Source of the DNA: Mobula hypostoma
Lineage: Eukaryota
Assembly: GCF_963921235.1 (NCBI RefSeq)
Contig: NC_086102.1
Coordinates: 88,226,001-88,290,000, forward strand
Direction of reading: 5' to 3'
DNA: 64,000 nt
Shown: positions 12,866 to 26,400 of the stretch, piece after piece
Layout of the letters: each line of letters begins with the position of its first letter
Position numbering within the stretch: the first letter of the stretch is position 1
Program-made: the position numbers and the translations under genes
The notes under the pieces: generated by a model
Told to the model about the DNA's origin: nothing
What the model saw: only the letters and a program-made list of their open reading frames with translations
Databases searched by the model: none

Positions 12866-13104
12866 TGATTAATTGGGAATCGTATATTCAGTCTCTAAAG
12901 AGCAGAGTAGCCCTGCAGATGTTGAAAGTTTGAAACAGAAAATGGGGGAATAACTGAGCAATTTAAGAATCTATCATTAGAAAGGTAAAATATCAACTCT
13001 TCACAAGAGCTGCAGAGTGTTTCCGCCATTTTCTTTTTTGAAATTTCAACATCTGCAGGGCTATTCTGCTCTTGGAGACTTGATACATGACTCCTGATTA
13101 ATCA
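12866..13104. repeat. Imperfect inverted repeat (~85-bp arms, ~70-bp spacer)
   Basis: 12866-12950 (tgattaattggga...gagcagagtagccctgcagatgttgaaa...agaaaatgg) is the reverse complement of ~13020-13104. Confidence 0.8.
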
Positions 13105-13769
13105 GACATCTCTTTCGGTGGATGCAAGGGGAATGAAATGTGGAAGGAAAAACTTCGAGAACAATCACTTTATCAGGAACCTAGTAAAGATGAAGAAATT
13201 CAAGTATATCTTTTCCCACAGGGGTCTTCTGTCTCCTGAGGTAGTAAATGTGAACTCCTGTATCCCACTAGTAACTTACTGGTCTACAGTTCCCAGTCTT
13301 TCTTCTTTGCAGCTCTTTGTAAAGGCACAACAATAACCCCCATTCAGTCTTCTGCTATTTTACCTTTCACTAATGATGATGCATATACCTCACCAGGGCT
13401 CCTGCAAGTATCTTTAACTTCCCACAGTATTACTCATCAAACCCTGGAGATTTATCTACCTTCATATGCTTTTAAGATAGCCAGCATCTACTCTGCTGTG
13501 GAATATCACCAAGATGTCTCCATTCACTATTTTGTTCCGAAGACTTATGCCCTTCTTCATAGTGAATATAGAAGAAATATTCATTAAATACCTCACCTAT
13601 TTCCTACAGGTCTACCTGAAGATGTCTACTTTGGTCTGAGGCCCTATTCTCTTCCTGATTATTCTTTTCCCCTTAATGTACATTAAAAAAAAATGTTTGA
13701 ATTCTCCTTAAACTTCTCTGTCAAAGCTATCTCATGCCAAAAAAAGATCTTTTGCTTTACCGGCATTTA

Positions 13770-14490
13770 TGACGAATAAACTCTTTTTGGGCTTCCAGCT
13801 AGGTACAGGTATTGATTTTAACCAACATTTCAATGACAAACTCTGCCATTTTCATCAAGGATGATGTCTAGTCTGCTGGTATTTATACTCCCGGAGTCTG
13901 ACACCCCTGATTGGTCATCCAATCAGCTTTCCGCTCTCCCACCTTGTTTACGATTGAATTCCAGTTCTTCCTTGGAGCAAGACCTGTCTTTGTTAAAAAC
14001 TTTTTCCTGTAGTTTTATTTCAATGGTTTCCTTCACCAGGTGGTATCAAAAGCCATTGGCATAGCACAGAAGTTTTGTGCCATTGAAGTCAATCCTATGG
14101 CTATTGTGAATGCAGTGTTTTACTACCACCTGTTTCTCTGGGTATCCCAAACAGATACACCTGTTCTCCTTGATGCTCCTCTCAACGAGGAGGAACCTGT
14201 CGCTACCACCTGTCTTCCCTATATATCCACAGTTTCCAAAAGGATCACCAGGATCCTAAAAAAAAAATACTGGATTAATACTATCCACAAAACCGTAAGG
14301 AAGCTCCAATCACAGCTTATGCCAGTCAAGGATGACCTGGGACTCAGGACGGCTGACGTTTACAGGATTTCCTGTGAACGTGGAGCAGCGTATATCGGCC
14401 AGACGGGACACGCTGTGGAAACCTGCATCAAGGAGCCTTTATAATCGATACCTGTACCTGACTGGAAGCCCGAGAAGAGTTTGCTCACCT
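13770..14490. mobile_element. Penelope-like element fragment with inverted arrangement (GIY-YIG region)
   Basis: + strand LPYISTVSKRI...VYRISCERGAAYIGQTG; - strand continuation LVKETIEIKL near 14020-14050; terminal segment atacctgtacct..ctggaagccc appears inverted at ~13785 and direct at ~14450. Confidence 0.8.
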
Positions 14491-16344
14491 ATCTCATGTC
14501 TTTTCTGCCTTTGTGATTTCCAAATGTACTTCAACATACCCCGTACCGCTCCAGGGATTCATTTAATCCCACCTGCTTGTACTTAAAGCACCTTTTTCCT
14601 CATCAGAGCCTTGATATCTGTGATCATCCAGGCTTCTGTACTGGATGACAGGAACATACAGATTTTGAATGCTCACTATCACTTCTCAAAGCCTCCTCTT
14701 TGCCAAATGTCCTTTTGCCTGAAAACAATGACAGCCACATGGTCTGTCAAAATTTACCTTGCTCCGATTTAGAATTTTACTTTGTTGACCAGATCTGTCC
14801 TTTTTCATAACTAATTAAAAATTAATAGAACTTTTTTTTTCAATTTTTTCTTGGTGGCACAGTTGCAGTCAGATTGATGCTGGAGGCCTTGTACATTAGC
14901 AAGGGCAAATAAAAATAAATCAGGGACAAGCAGAGTGGCCATTGTGTGAGTGGACCAATGTTAGAGTGGTGAGGTTTTGGGTCATCAGACTTCAATGAGA
15001 ACAAGCTTGGACAAGGTATGTAACTGGTAAGTTTCTTCTTCATTCTTCGTCTGTTAGTTCATAGAGCAACGAGAATGGATCTGGGGGCTGTGCTGTGTTT
15101 GTTACGTGAGATGTGGGTGTTCTGGGAGACCTCCAGACTCTCAGGTTACCACATCGGCGCCAGATGCACTGAGCTGCAGCAACCCTGGAGAACATGTCAA
15201 GGAACTGGAGCTACAGCTCGATGACCTTCAGCTCATATGGAAAACTGAGAAGATGACAGGGAGGTAGTTACCCCTAAGTTGCAGAAGGCAGAAAAATAGG
15301 TGACTGTCAGGAGATGGAAGGGAAGTGGGCAGCCAATACAGAGTACCCCTTTGGCCATTCCCCCAATAATATGTACCGTATACGGTTTTGGACACTGTTG
15401 AGAGGGACGACCTACCAGGGTGTAACCACTGCAACTAGTGCTCTGGCTGTGCATCTGGTGCTGTGGCTCAGAAGGGAAGGGGAGCGGGGAGAAGAAGACG
15501 ACAGTGGTGATAGGGTAGTGGATCGCCATCGTTGTAGAAGTAGAACACGATGGAGACACCCAGATGGTATGTTGCCTCCAGGGATTGTCTTGGATCAGGT
15601 CTATAACGTTCTAAATGGGGAGAGTGAGCAGCCAAAAGTCTTCACAGGTAGGAAAAGCAAGGAGATCCTGAAGAAATAATTTAGGGAGTCAGGTAAAGAG
15701 CTGAAAGTTAGGACCTCCGAGGTAGCAATCTATGAATTTCTGTCTGTGCCACGTGCCAGTGAAAGTAAGAGGAGGATGATTTGGCAGATGAATGTGTTGA
15801 GAAACTGGTGCAAGGGGCAAGGTTTTAAATTTCCGGATCATCGAGGTCTCTTCGGGGGTAGGTATGATCTGTACAAAAGGAGCAGGTCAAGAGGGCAATG
15901 TTACAATGGGGAATTTCAATAGGCAGGTAGATTGGGAAAATCAGCTTGGTGTTGGATCCCAAGGGAGGGAATCTGTACAATGCCCATGAAATGGCTTTAC
16001 GGAGCAGCTTGTGGTTGAGCCCACTAGAGGATCAGCGATTCTGGATTGGGTGTTGTGCAATGAACTGGATTAAATGAAGTGAGCTTAAGGTGAAGGAACC
16101 CTTGGAAGGCAGTGAACATAATATGAAAGAATTCACCTTGCAATTTGAGAGGGAGAAGCTAAAGTCAGATGTATCAGTATTACAGTGGAGTAAAGGAAAT
16201 TACAGAGGCATGAGCGATGAACTTGCCAAAGTTGATTGGAAGGGACACTAGCAAGAATGATGGCAGAGCAGAAATGGCTGGAGCTTCTAGATATATCGAT
16301 ATAACAAATATATCCAGGCTGGATGAATCCATTGCTCCTGGAAC

Positions 16345-17478
16345 CAATAGGGTTCCTTCACAATAGGTCAACGGCAGATGTAATCTCATTGGCTCTTCAC
16401 ACGGCTTTGGATCCCCTGGGCGACACAAACACCTATGTCAGGATGCTGTTCATCGAGTATAGCTCAGCATTCAATACCATCATTCCCACAATCTTGATTG
16501 AGAAGTTGCAGAATCTGGGCCTCTGTACCTCCCTCTGCAATTGAATCCTCTACTTCCTAACCAGAAGACCACAATCTGTGTAGATTGCTGATAACATCTG
16601 TTCCTCGCTGACGATCAACACTAGTGCACCTCAAGAGTATGTTCTTAGCCCACTGCTCTACTCTCTCTATACTCCTGACTGTGTGGCTGGGCATAGCACA
16701 AGTACCATCTAGAAATTTGCTGATGATACAACCATTGTTGGTAGAATCTCAGGTGGTGATGAGAGGGCATACAGGAGTGAGATATGCCAACTAGTGGAAT
16801 GGTGCCACAGCAACAACCTTGCACTCAACGTCAGTGAGATGAAAGAGCTGGTTGTGGACTTCAGGAAGGGTAAGACGAAGGAACACATACCAATCCTCAT
16901 GAGAGTGAGCAGTTTCAAGTTCTTGTTTGTCAACATCTCTAAGGATCTAACATGGTCCCAACATACCAGTGTAGTTATAAAGAAGGCTAGACAGCAGCTA
17001 TACTTCATTAAGAGTTTGAGGGGATTTATTAGGTCAACAAATACATTCAAAAAGTTCTATAGATGTATCGTGGAGAGCATTCTGACAGGCTGCATCACTG
17101 TCTGGTATGGAGGGGCTGCTGCACAGGACCAAAAGAAGCTGCAGAGGATTGTAAATTTAGTTGGCACCATCTTGGGTACTGGCCTACAAAGTAATCAGGT
17201 CATCTTCAGGGAGCGGTGTCTCAGAAAGGCAGCGTCCATTATTAAGGACCTCCAGCACCCAGGGCATGTCCTCTTCTTACTGTTACCATCAGGAAGGAGA
17301 TACAGAAGCCTGAAGGCACACACTCAGCGATTCAGGAACAGCTTCTTCCCCTCTGCCATCCAGTTCCGAAATGGACATTGAATCCTTGGACACAACCTCA
17401 CATTTTAAATATATGGTATTTCTGTTTATTTGCATGATTTTTACTCTATTCAATATATCTATACTGCAATCTATTTAT

Positions 17479-17522
<44 letters not shown>

Positions 17523-17650
17523 TTATTTATTGATTGTTATTATTTTATTTAGTTTTTTCTTCTAGATTATGTATTGCATTGAACTGCTGCCGCTAGGTTA
17601 ACAAATTTCACGCCACATGCCAGTGATGATAAACCCGATTCTGATTCTGA
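16345..17650 (+). mobile_element. Rex1/Babar LINE, 5'-truncated, nested in CR1
   Basis: [61 protein letters not shown]; (GATTCT)n tail ending ~17650. Confidence 0.9.
17480..17522 (+). repeat. (TCTA)n microsatellite in the Rex1 3' UTR
   Basis: About 10 tandem TATC units. Confidence 0.95.
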
Positions 17651-18726
17651 CGATTACAGTATATATTTAGATAGACTAAAGGAGTACTGAACTGACAGAA
17701 TCCCAAAGAATCAATTAAGAAGGTACAGGATAGATAAACCCCAAAGAAGTACTATTCTAAATGCAGGATGATGCCACTGTGGCTGACAAGGGAAGTCAAA
17801 ACCAACATAAAAGCAAAAAAGAGGGCACATAGTAAAACAAAAAATAGTGGGAAATTACAGGATTGGGGAACTTTTAAAAACCAACAGAAGGCAAATAATA
17901 ACCCATCAGGGGGTAAGATGAAATAAGAAGGCAAGCTAGCCAACAATGTCAAAGAGGATACCTGACGTCTTTTTCAGATAGATAAAGAGTAAAAGAGAGG
18001 CAAGAATAGATATTGGACCACAAGAAAATGTCGCTGGAGAGGCAGTAATGGGGAAAAAAGGAAATGGTGGATGAACTGGATAAGTATTTTGTATCAGTCT
18101 TCACTGTGGAAGATACTAGCAGTACACCAGGAGTTTGAGAATCTCAGGGGCAGAAGTGAGTGCAGTTGCTATTACTAGGAAGAAGATGCTTGGGAAACTG
18201 AAAGGTTGGAAGGTAGATCAGTCACCTGGACCTGATGGACTACACTCCACGATTCTGAAGGAGGTGGCTGAATAGATCGTGGAGGGATTATTAATGATCT
18301 TTCAAGAAACACTAGATTCGGAATGATTCTGGAAGATGGGAAAATTGCAAATGTCACTCCACTCTTCAAAAAGGGAAGGAGGCAGAAGAAAGGAAATTAT
18401 AGGCCGTTTAGCTTGACTTCACGGTTGGGAAGATGTTGGAGTCAATTGCTAAGGATGTGGTTTTGGGGTTCTTGGAAGCAAATGATAAAATAGGCCAAAG
18501 TCAGCATGGTTTCCTTATGTGAAAACCTTACCTGACAAATCTGTTGGAATTCTTTGAGGAAATAACAAGCAGGATAGACAAAGGAGAATCAGTTAGTGTT
18601 GTGCACTTTCAGGAGGCCTTTGACAAGGTTCCACGCATGAGGCTGCTCAACAAGATAGGAGCCCCTGGAATTACATGAAAGATACAAGATGGATAGAGTA
18701 TTGGCTAATTGGCAGGAGGCATCTAG

Positions 18727-19101
18727 TTTTCTTGTTCAGCCATTGTCAAGTCTGACCGTTCTTGACCTCATAGACTCCGACACACCAAGCCTTCTTGTTG
18801 GAAACTGTCTCTCTGAGATCCCCCAAGGTCACACTCATTGTCTGAGTAATATTATCTATCCATCATAGCCTCTGTCGTCCTCTCCATTTACCTTCTGTTT
18901 TACCTAAGGTGGGAGTCTTCTCCAAGGAACCCTGTCTTCTCATGATGTGGCCAAAGTATTTGAGCTTTTGCCTCATAATCAAGCCTCCGAGTGAGCAGTC
19001 TGGCTGTATTTCTTCAAGTACTGACTTCTTGGACTTCTTACTGTCCAACGAACTCTGAACACTTCCCTTCAGCATCCAAGTTCAAGGGCGTCGATTCTTT
19101 T
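18727..19101 (-). mobile_element. BovB-like RTE LINE, 3' fragment
   Basis: Reads KRIDALELGC*REVFRVRWT / SVLEEIQPDCSLGGLIMRQKLKYFGHIMRRQGSLEKTPTLGKTEGKWRGRQRL*WIDNI, closely paralleling the recalled BovB C-terminus. Confidence 0.8.
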
Positions 19102-19299
19102 GTATTACAATTTTGTCCAAAAAATACTTGCTCCATACATTTTCAAACTTTTCCCCTCTTACCTTAAATACATGTTCTCTGGTACTTGATACGATGGTGG
19201 TGTTTAAGAAGCTGGGAAAAAAATTACCCTGGGGAAAAGATTCTGGCTATCCTGTGATGCTGTTCACCATGGCAGCTGTGCAGACATATACTTGTACAT

Positions 19300-19925
19300 A
19301 TAAGGTGTAGGAGCAGAATTAGGCCATCCAACCGATCAAGGCTGCTCCACCCTTTCATCATAGTTTTTTATTATCCCTCTCCACCCCGTTTTCCTGCCTT
19401 CTCCCCATAACTTTTTACACCCTTCCTAATCAATAACTTAATTAACCTCCACTTTCACCACCCAATGACTTGTGGCAATGAATTCCACACTATTGCCATC
19501 CTCTGGCTAAAGATATTCCTCCACACCTCTATTCTAAAGGGATTCCCTTCTATTTCTGAGGCTGTGTCCTCTGGTCCTAGACTTGCCTGGTATTGGAAAC
19601 ATCCCCTTCACATCCACTCTGTCTTGGCCTTTCAGGATTCAGAATGGTTCAATGAAATCATCTCTCAGTCCTCTGAACTCCAGCAAGTACAGGGCCAGAG
19701 CCATCAAAAGCTCCTTATACGTTAACCCTTTCATTCCTGGGATCATTCTTGTGAACTTCTTCTGGACCCTGTCCAATGCCAGCACATCCTTTCTTAGATA
19801 CGGGGCCCAAAACTGCTCACAATACTCCAAGTGCAGGCTGACCAATGCCTCATGAAGTCTCAGCATTACATCCTTGCTTTTATATTCTAGTCCTCTCAAA
19901 ATAAATGCTAACATTGCATTTGCCA
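19300..19925 (-). mobile_element. CR1 LINE 3' fragment
   Basis: ANAMLAFILRGLEYKSKDVMLRL...HLEYCEQFWAPYLRKD; 3' UTR like the other CR1 copies. Confidence 0.9.
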
Positions 19926-21024
19926 ATAAACTTTAAAAAAAATTTTACACGAGCCCAGCCAACATTGACACTTCCTACTTTATCTACGTCTGTTCACCAC
20001 CCAGAATGTCCAAAGCACGTTGCTTATTGGGAACCCTAAGCATGGGTCACAATTTGAAGAGTTGTGTTTTAATTCAGGAAAACAAAAACTAAAACAGGAA
20101 ATAATGGAGGACAGGTCCCCTGCAGACAGGTGAACTGCAAATAGCCAGTTACTTACATTCAATGGTTTTAGAGGAGATGGATGTGAAATAGTGGTTTTCA
20201 TTTTCAAAACTTGCATCAATCTTAGAGCAGTTCCCAGAGAGAGGACGGTAGCAAACATGAGCATATTTAGAGAGAAGGACATCAGAGTTGGGGAAATGTC
20301 TGGAATTTATTATGGAGGATGTGAGGGCAAGTGCTTCACAGGATCAGAGCACATAGCAGATGGAAAGCATTCTGGCAAAACGTGGGTTCACATAGAGGTA
20401 GGAAAGCCTGGCTGGGCTGTCTAGAACCAGGAGTTACAATCTCAGAATAAGGTGTCGGCCATTCAGAGCTGAGGTGAGAATAGACCTCTCCATCCGACAA
20501 GCTGTGGAGATCGGGTCATGATAATGAAGAGAGGGATTTTGATATGCCGTGCTCTATGGATTAATTCAGGAAAGTGGCACTGAGATAATTAGCCATGATT
20601 CTTCAGAAAGATGCGGCAAGAATGAAGGGCTGGATGGTGTGCTTCACATGGAAGACCCAGATGCACACGAGCACCTTTCAGCATTAGGCAAATGTTTGTT
20701 CAGACACTATTTTCCTGTCTTCAAAAATAAAGATACCTGTCACTTACCAGGTGATATTCAGATAGGAAATCCTCAGTATTATTCCTAATCTGCTGTAGAA
20801 TTGTGCTTGTCATCCAAAGTACTAATATTAAAATCTGTTATTATTTTTGAAAATACATTGGGCTTTTCCCCGATAGGCCTCCTCAAGCTTATTGCTTGTT
20901 ATAATTTTCCAAGCATTTAAACCCAAAACTCCTCAAAAGTTCCTGAAGACTCTGTTTTTTTTCTGCGTTAGGATCTGATTGGAAAGGAATCAGGTGGTCT
21001 ACTTTGAGCCAAACCAATTTCTAT

Positions 21025-22700
21025 AAATACACCATGGAAAATTTCATCACGGCTGGGACAGGAACTGGTCTGCCCAAGACCACAAGAAACCGTAGATTGT
21101 TATGGACATAGCACTACACAACACAGAAACCAACCTCTCTATAGATTGTCTGCACTCCTTGTTAGCTCAGTAAAGACTCTATCCACACAGGGCGTTCTCT
21201 CTTCTAACCACTCCTCTTGAGGACAAGACACAGAAGTCCGAAAGCACATACCAACAGGCTCAAGCACAGCTTCTATGCTATTATAACACTACTGAACAAT
21301 TCCCTGGTACTGGTCGATTCTATGGACACTTAACCTTTTCATGGCCTTGTTTATATCTTTTTATCTGCCTGCACTGTACTCTCTGTCACCGTATCACTGT
21401 ACTCTCTCTGTAACTGCGTCACTGGACTCTCTGTAACTGTATCATTGTACTCTCTGTAACAGTATCACTAGACTCTCTGTAACTGTATCACTATACTCTC
21501 ACTTTAACCATATCACTGTACTCTCTGGAACTGTATCACTGTACTCTCACTGTAACTGTATCACTGTACTCTCTGTCACTATCACTGTACTCTCTCTGTA
21601 ACTGTATCACTGTACTCTCACTGTAACTGTATCACTGTACTCTCTGTCACTATCACTGTACTCTCTCTGTAACTGTATCACTGGACTCTCTGTAACTGTA
21701 TCACTGTACTCTCTGTAACTGTATCACTGTACTCTCTAACAGTATCACTGGACTCTCTGTAACTGTATCACTGTACTCTCTGTACCTGTATCATTGTACT
21801 CTCTCTGTAACTGTATCACTGTACTCTCTGTCACTGTATCACTGCACTCTCTCTAACAGTATCACTGTACTCTCTGTCACTGTATCACTGTACTCTCTCT
21901 GTAATTGTATCACTGCATTCTTTCTGTAACCGTATCACTGTACTCTCTGTAACTGTATCACTGCATTCTTTCTGTAACAGTATCACTGGACTCTCTGTAA
22001 CTGTATCACTGTACTCTCTCTGTAACTATCACTGTACTCTCTATCACTGTATCACTGTACTCTCTATCACTGTATCACTGTACTCTCTGTAACTGTGTCA
22101 CTGTACTCTGCATGTAATGGTATCACTGTACTTTGTAGCTGTATCACTGTACTCTCTCTGTAACTGTATCACTGTACTCTCTCTGTAACTATCACTGTAC
22201 TCTCTGTCACTGTATCACTGTACTCTCTGTAACTGTGTCACTGTACTCTGCATGTAATGGTATCACTGTACTTTGTAACTGTATCACTGCACTCTCCCTG
22301 TAACTGTATCACACTATGCTCTGTAACTGTATGACTGTACTCCCTGTAACTGTATGACTGTACTCTCTGTATCTGTATCATTGTACTCTCTCTGTATGAC
22401 TGTACTCTCTGTAACTGTATCATTGTACTCTCTCTGTATCACTGCACTCTCCCTGTAACTGTATCACACTATGCTCTGTAACTGTATGACTGTACTCCCT
22501 GTAACTGTATCACTGTACTCTCTGTATGACTGTACTCTCTATATCACTGTACTCTCTCTGTATCACTGTACTCTCTCTGTATCACTGTACTCTCTGTATC
22601 ACTGTATTCTGCTCTCCATTATTGTTCACCTTGTACTACCTCAGTGCATGTTGTAATGAGCTGATCTGTATGGACAGGAAGCTGTACCTTGGTACAGGTG
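21025..22700 (+). mobile_element. Rex1/Babar 3' fragment whose 3' UTR hosts a tandem array
   Basis: Degenerate C-terminal coding sequence (aagcacataccaacaggctcaagcacagcttct) before the array; UTR continuation after it is homologous to the reverse complement of ~2820-2880. Confidence 0.65.
21372..22608. repeat. Minisatellite, ~23-26 bp unit (CTGTATCACTGTACTCTCTGTAA), roughly 50 copies
   Basis: Direct tandem repetition visible. Confidence 0.95.
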
Positions 22701-23187
22701 GCAATTTTACAAATATATTAATTTAAAAATAAACATTTGGTAAACTGCAGAAGCTGTTGTGAAAATACTGTATTTATCTTTAGTTGGATACTTGAGTAAA
22801 ATTAACTAGTTTAAGATCTTCTCCACATTCTCTTAAAGCCATTTACTTGTTCCTATTTGTTAATTCTATTGCTATTGTTATACTTCATATCTTGTCTCTT
22901 CTACAATTACTGCGGGTTTCAATGAAAATATTTACAGTAAATACAGCGGCAACATTTACAGTTATCACTTTCCTCTGTGTGACTGTTGTTTTAGCCTCTC
23001 AGTGATGGAACATATCAAACTTGCACTTTCAGTTCATGGGGAACCTTGCAACTAACCACAGGTCACAGTAACATGGGAGCTTGTTACTGTGACTGAACCA
23101 ATGGCTCGGCTCAGCTCCTATTTCAACATTAACTGGAGAGTTCTTGAGTGAGAATGTTCCAGGATTTGGTGCTGGGTCATTGTGGAT

Positions 23188-23485
23188 GGTGTGGTATCAC
23201 AGCTAGTAGTACCACAGGCTGACAGTCCTGGAGCCCCAGGTTCGGTCCTGACCCCTGGTGTTGTCTGTGTGCTGTCTGCACAGTCTCCCCGTGTGGGCTG
23301 CCTCACCCTGGTACTCTGGTTTCCTCACACGTCCCAAAACTCTGGGGGCTTGTTGGGCTAAGTTTCCCCTGGTGTGTCAGTGAGTGGTAGATGCTGTGTG
23401 GGGAAGGGAGAGCTGGTGGGAATGTGGGTAAGGTGAGTGGTTGATGGTCAGCATAGACTGTGAAGACAGGTTGTCTCTCTCCACA
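23188..23485 (+). mobile_element. V-SINE (HE1-like)
   Basis: tRNA-like head with GGTTCGGTCCT, V-domain-like ggtactctggtttcctcacacgtcccaaa, CR1-like tail ggttgatggtcagcatagac. Confidence 0.65.
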
Positions 23486-26400
23486 GCTCCATTCGTCCCT
23501 TCCTTTCACGCTCACTGTTACAAGGGTGCCAGCTCACATCCACCAGCTGCCCTGATCTCACTGGCCTCTGATGCTTCCTATCAGCCAAAGTGTACAAAGT
23601 CTCTGCGGCCTTGCTGCCTTCTTCACTTTGTCCAATGTTGCATCTGTCTTTTGGCAGCATCTCCTCCTCCTTCACCCTCAGGATTACCGTCTCCGAACCC
23701 CCGGTCTCTGATTTTAGCACACAAAATGTGCATGGCTGCGTGTGCTCTAACTTAGGCAGGAGGGAGGGGATGAAATCCATGGGGCAGGCAGTCCATGCAG
23801 AGGATGACAGGTATAAATATTCTCATTGCTGGGAGAGCAAATGTCTCGAGGCCTGCACGTCATGTCACTGACCGGCAGAGTGAGGGTGGAGTAAAGAGAC
23901 GCTGGGGGTCTGCAGACGGCAGAGCGGAATCAAGCAGATGCAAAAGACTGCTGATATTTGAAATAGAATGAGCAGCATCCATTTGGGGGTGGGGTGGGGG
24001 GGTTATTGTCAACATTTTGGTTGGAGACACTGCGTCAATACTGAGGGAGGAGCGGACGATGAGGGTCAGTATAAAGAGAAGGGCAGGAGTGAGACAGGAG
24101 CCCAAGGAGAAATGCAGACTGGGATGATGGTCAGGTGGCACCAGGTAGGGGTGGAGTCAGGATCGGATTCATGGGGCACTGTTGTAGTTTATCGGCAGTG
24201 CGGGGACTGAGCTGTCTGCTCACACTTAGCCTCCTCTGCCTCAGAAGAAGTAGGAGGGTCCCCTGTGCAAAATGTCACAGAGATCTAGAAGAGGATAAAT
24301 AAAGGGTACAGCAACAACTAGTCCATTTGTGTGGTTGATAAAGTAGTCAATACATCATCTGATTGGGAAGTTCAAGGGATGGGCAAGGAAATGGCAGGAA
24401 GCACATATTTAAAGAAAGTTATGAGGGAAAGGAGGGAGCTGGCCAACAATGGTTGTTTTCTTTTGAGGTGTGGCTATCAGGAAAAGGAAGATGCATTTAA
24501 GAGGCTCATAGCAAATCAAAATGGAGGGATGTGGACCATATGCGGGAAGAAGAGATTAGTCTAGTTAAGAGTTATTAGTTTAGTTATTTCAGCACAACAC
24601 ACTGGGCCAAAAGGTCTGTTCCTGTGCTAAAGCGAGCTTTGAAGAACATACTGGGCATGGGACAAAAGGAGATGTTAATTGAAGGGGAGGGGAGATAAAC
24701 TGAAACGAGCCTCACGGCAAAGATTCTGTGCAGAGAAATTAGAGGCAGGAGTTATTCGGAATGGTTTCTGCACATGTGCTCACTGAGGCATAGCAAGCTC
24801 TGCTTATGCCAGCTGGTTTACAGCCAATAGTATCTAACATGAACGTTCTCTGTCAATGCGACTATTGCATGAATTTATTTGGTCAAATTTAATGTAGTAG
24901 GTTGTGTGACCTATTTCCTTCATATAAAGTAGAGCCATCCTTCTGTATTGGACTGATATGCCTAAATTTCTTGTCTGAGCATCAGCAAACCAGTTTCCAT
25001 TCCCGACTGTTTTAAGATAAACCTCCGTTACCAAGGCAGCAGAAACCACTTTGGATGCAACAAGGTGCGCACTGCTACATTTCATAACCAGTTCTGCGAA
25101 TTCCCAATAAATCAGAATGTTGTTTACAGCTGGAGCTCTGAAGAGCAGATCACGTCCTTGGCATGAAGCTGCAGATAGAGCACTTTACTAGCCAAGACAA
25201 AGAAGTTTAATATCTGCAAAGGCAGGCAGGTATTAACAAGTGAAATAATTAAAGCGGATCAAAAGGTTTGCAAGAGCAGCTCATGAGGCTAGCTTCAGGG
25301 TTGATGAGGAAGAGGTAAGTGAATGTGATCGATTATGAAATGCACACCAAGCATAAGGAAAATATAGATACAAAGGTAGATTGTATACACCCTCATCTGT
25401 ACACTTCAGTTATAGAATCGTACTGCGTAGAAACAGGCCTTTTGGCTCAAATGGCCTATGCCAGCCTAGGTTCTTATCTAAGTTAGTCCCACTTGGCCCA
25501 TATCCCTCTACCTAGGTACTTGTCCAAGTGCCTTTGAATGCTGTTAATGTGGCCGTTAGTAAACCTACATGCAAAATTCTTTATTGCACTGACAACAAAT
25601 TCTATATTCATGTAGATAATTAACTAGGACAAGTAGTAACTGGAGTCGAAACAAACACTGGGGAAATTCAACGACTGAAACAAATGTCAACTACCAAGTT
25701 TAGGAAAGTGACTGCTGCGAGTCATGCGTGTTCATGCCTACCCGACCAGCTGACCTCATAATCTGTTGTGTTTCATTCCAGGCAAATTGACAGTGAATGG
25801 TAAACAAATTATTTCTTAAAACAAAAGTAATTGAGAAACTGCATTGAAAATGTTGACTGATGAAGGACACACGTCTGCAATTTACACCTTCAAGCGATCC
25901 AGAGTTTTCCCACTTCAAAAGAGAGGGAAATTACTGAATTAAACTCAAACTGGTGCTTCACAGAGGCTTCATCAATTTCTGATTACCCCAAGCCAACATT
26001 TAAAGGGACACAGTTTTACTCTGGTAGCAGAATTATACATCTCTTATTAGACCATAAAACCACAAGACTCAGGAGCAGAATTAGGCCACTCAGCCTATTT
26101 AGTCTGCCCCTCCATTCCATCACGGCTGATTTATGATCCCTCTCAACCTTTAAATCTTTGATGCCTTGACTAACCAAGAACCTATCAACCTCCACTTTAA
26201 CTATTGGCCTCCACAGCCATAAGGGTCAATAAATTCCACAGATTCACCACCCTCTAATTACTGAATTGCTGTCCCAATGGGACAGGGCATTGTTTGACAT
26301 GAGAATACAATGTTATAAGAAACCTACTTGTTTACAGTTGATACCTTTGATAGCTTGCATTGGATCAGTGTTGAAACCACTGCCAGAGAAGTCAAGGTGT

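Larger units (their letters stand above)
15075..18720 (+). mobile_element. CR1 LINE, degenerate (ORF1 and ORF2 remnants), split by a Rex1 insertion
   Basis: ORF1-like 15075-15880; endonuclease region 15900-16290; resumes ~17700 (PLWLTREVK, SPGPDGLH, SQHGF, AFDKVPH) and ends at the BovB-like fragment. Confidence 0.8.

Noticed and set aside
24740-25260. Repeat-free stretch that might be a conserved enhancer (similarly ~54500-55350)
   Set aside because: Cannot be supported without cross-species alignment or chromatin data.
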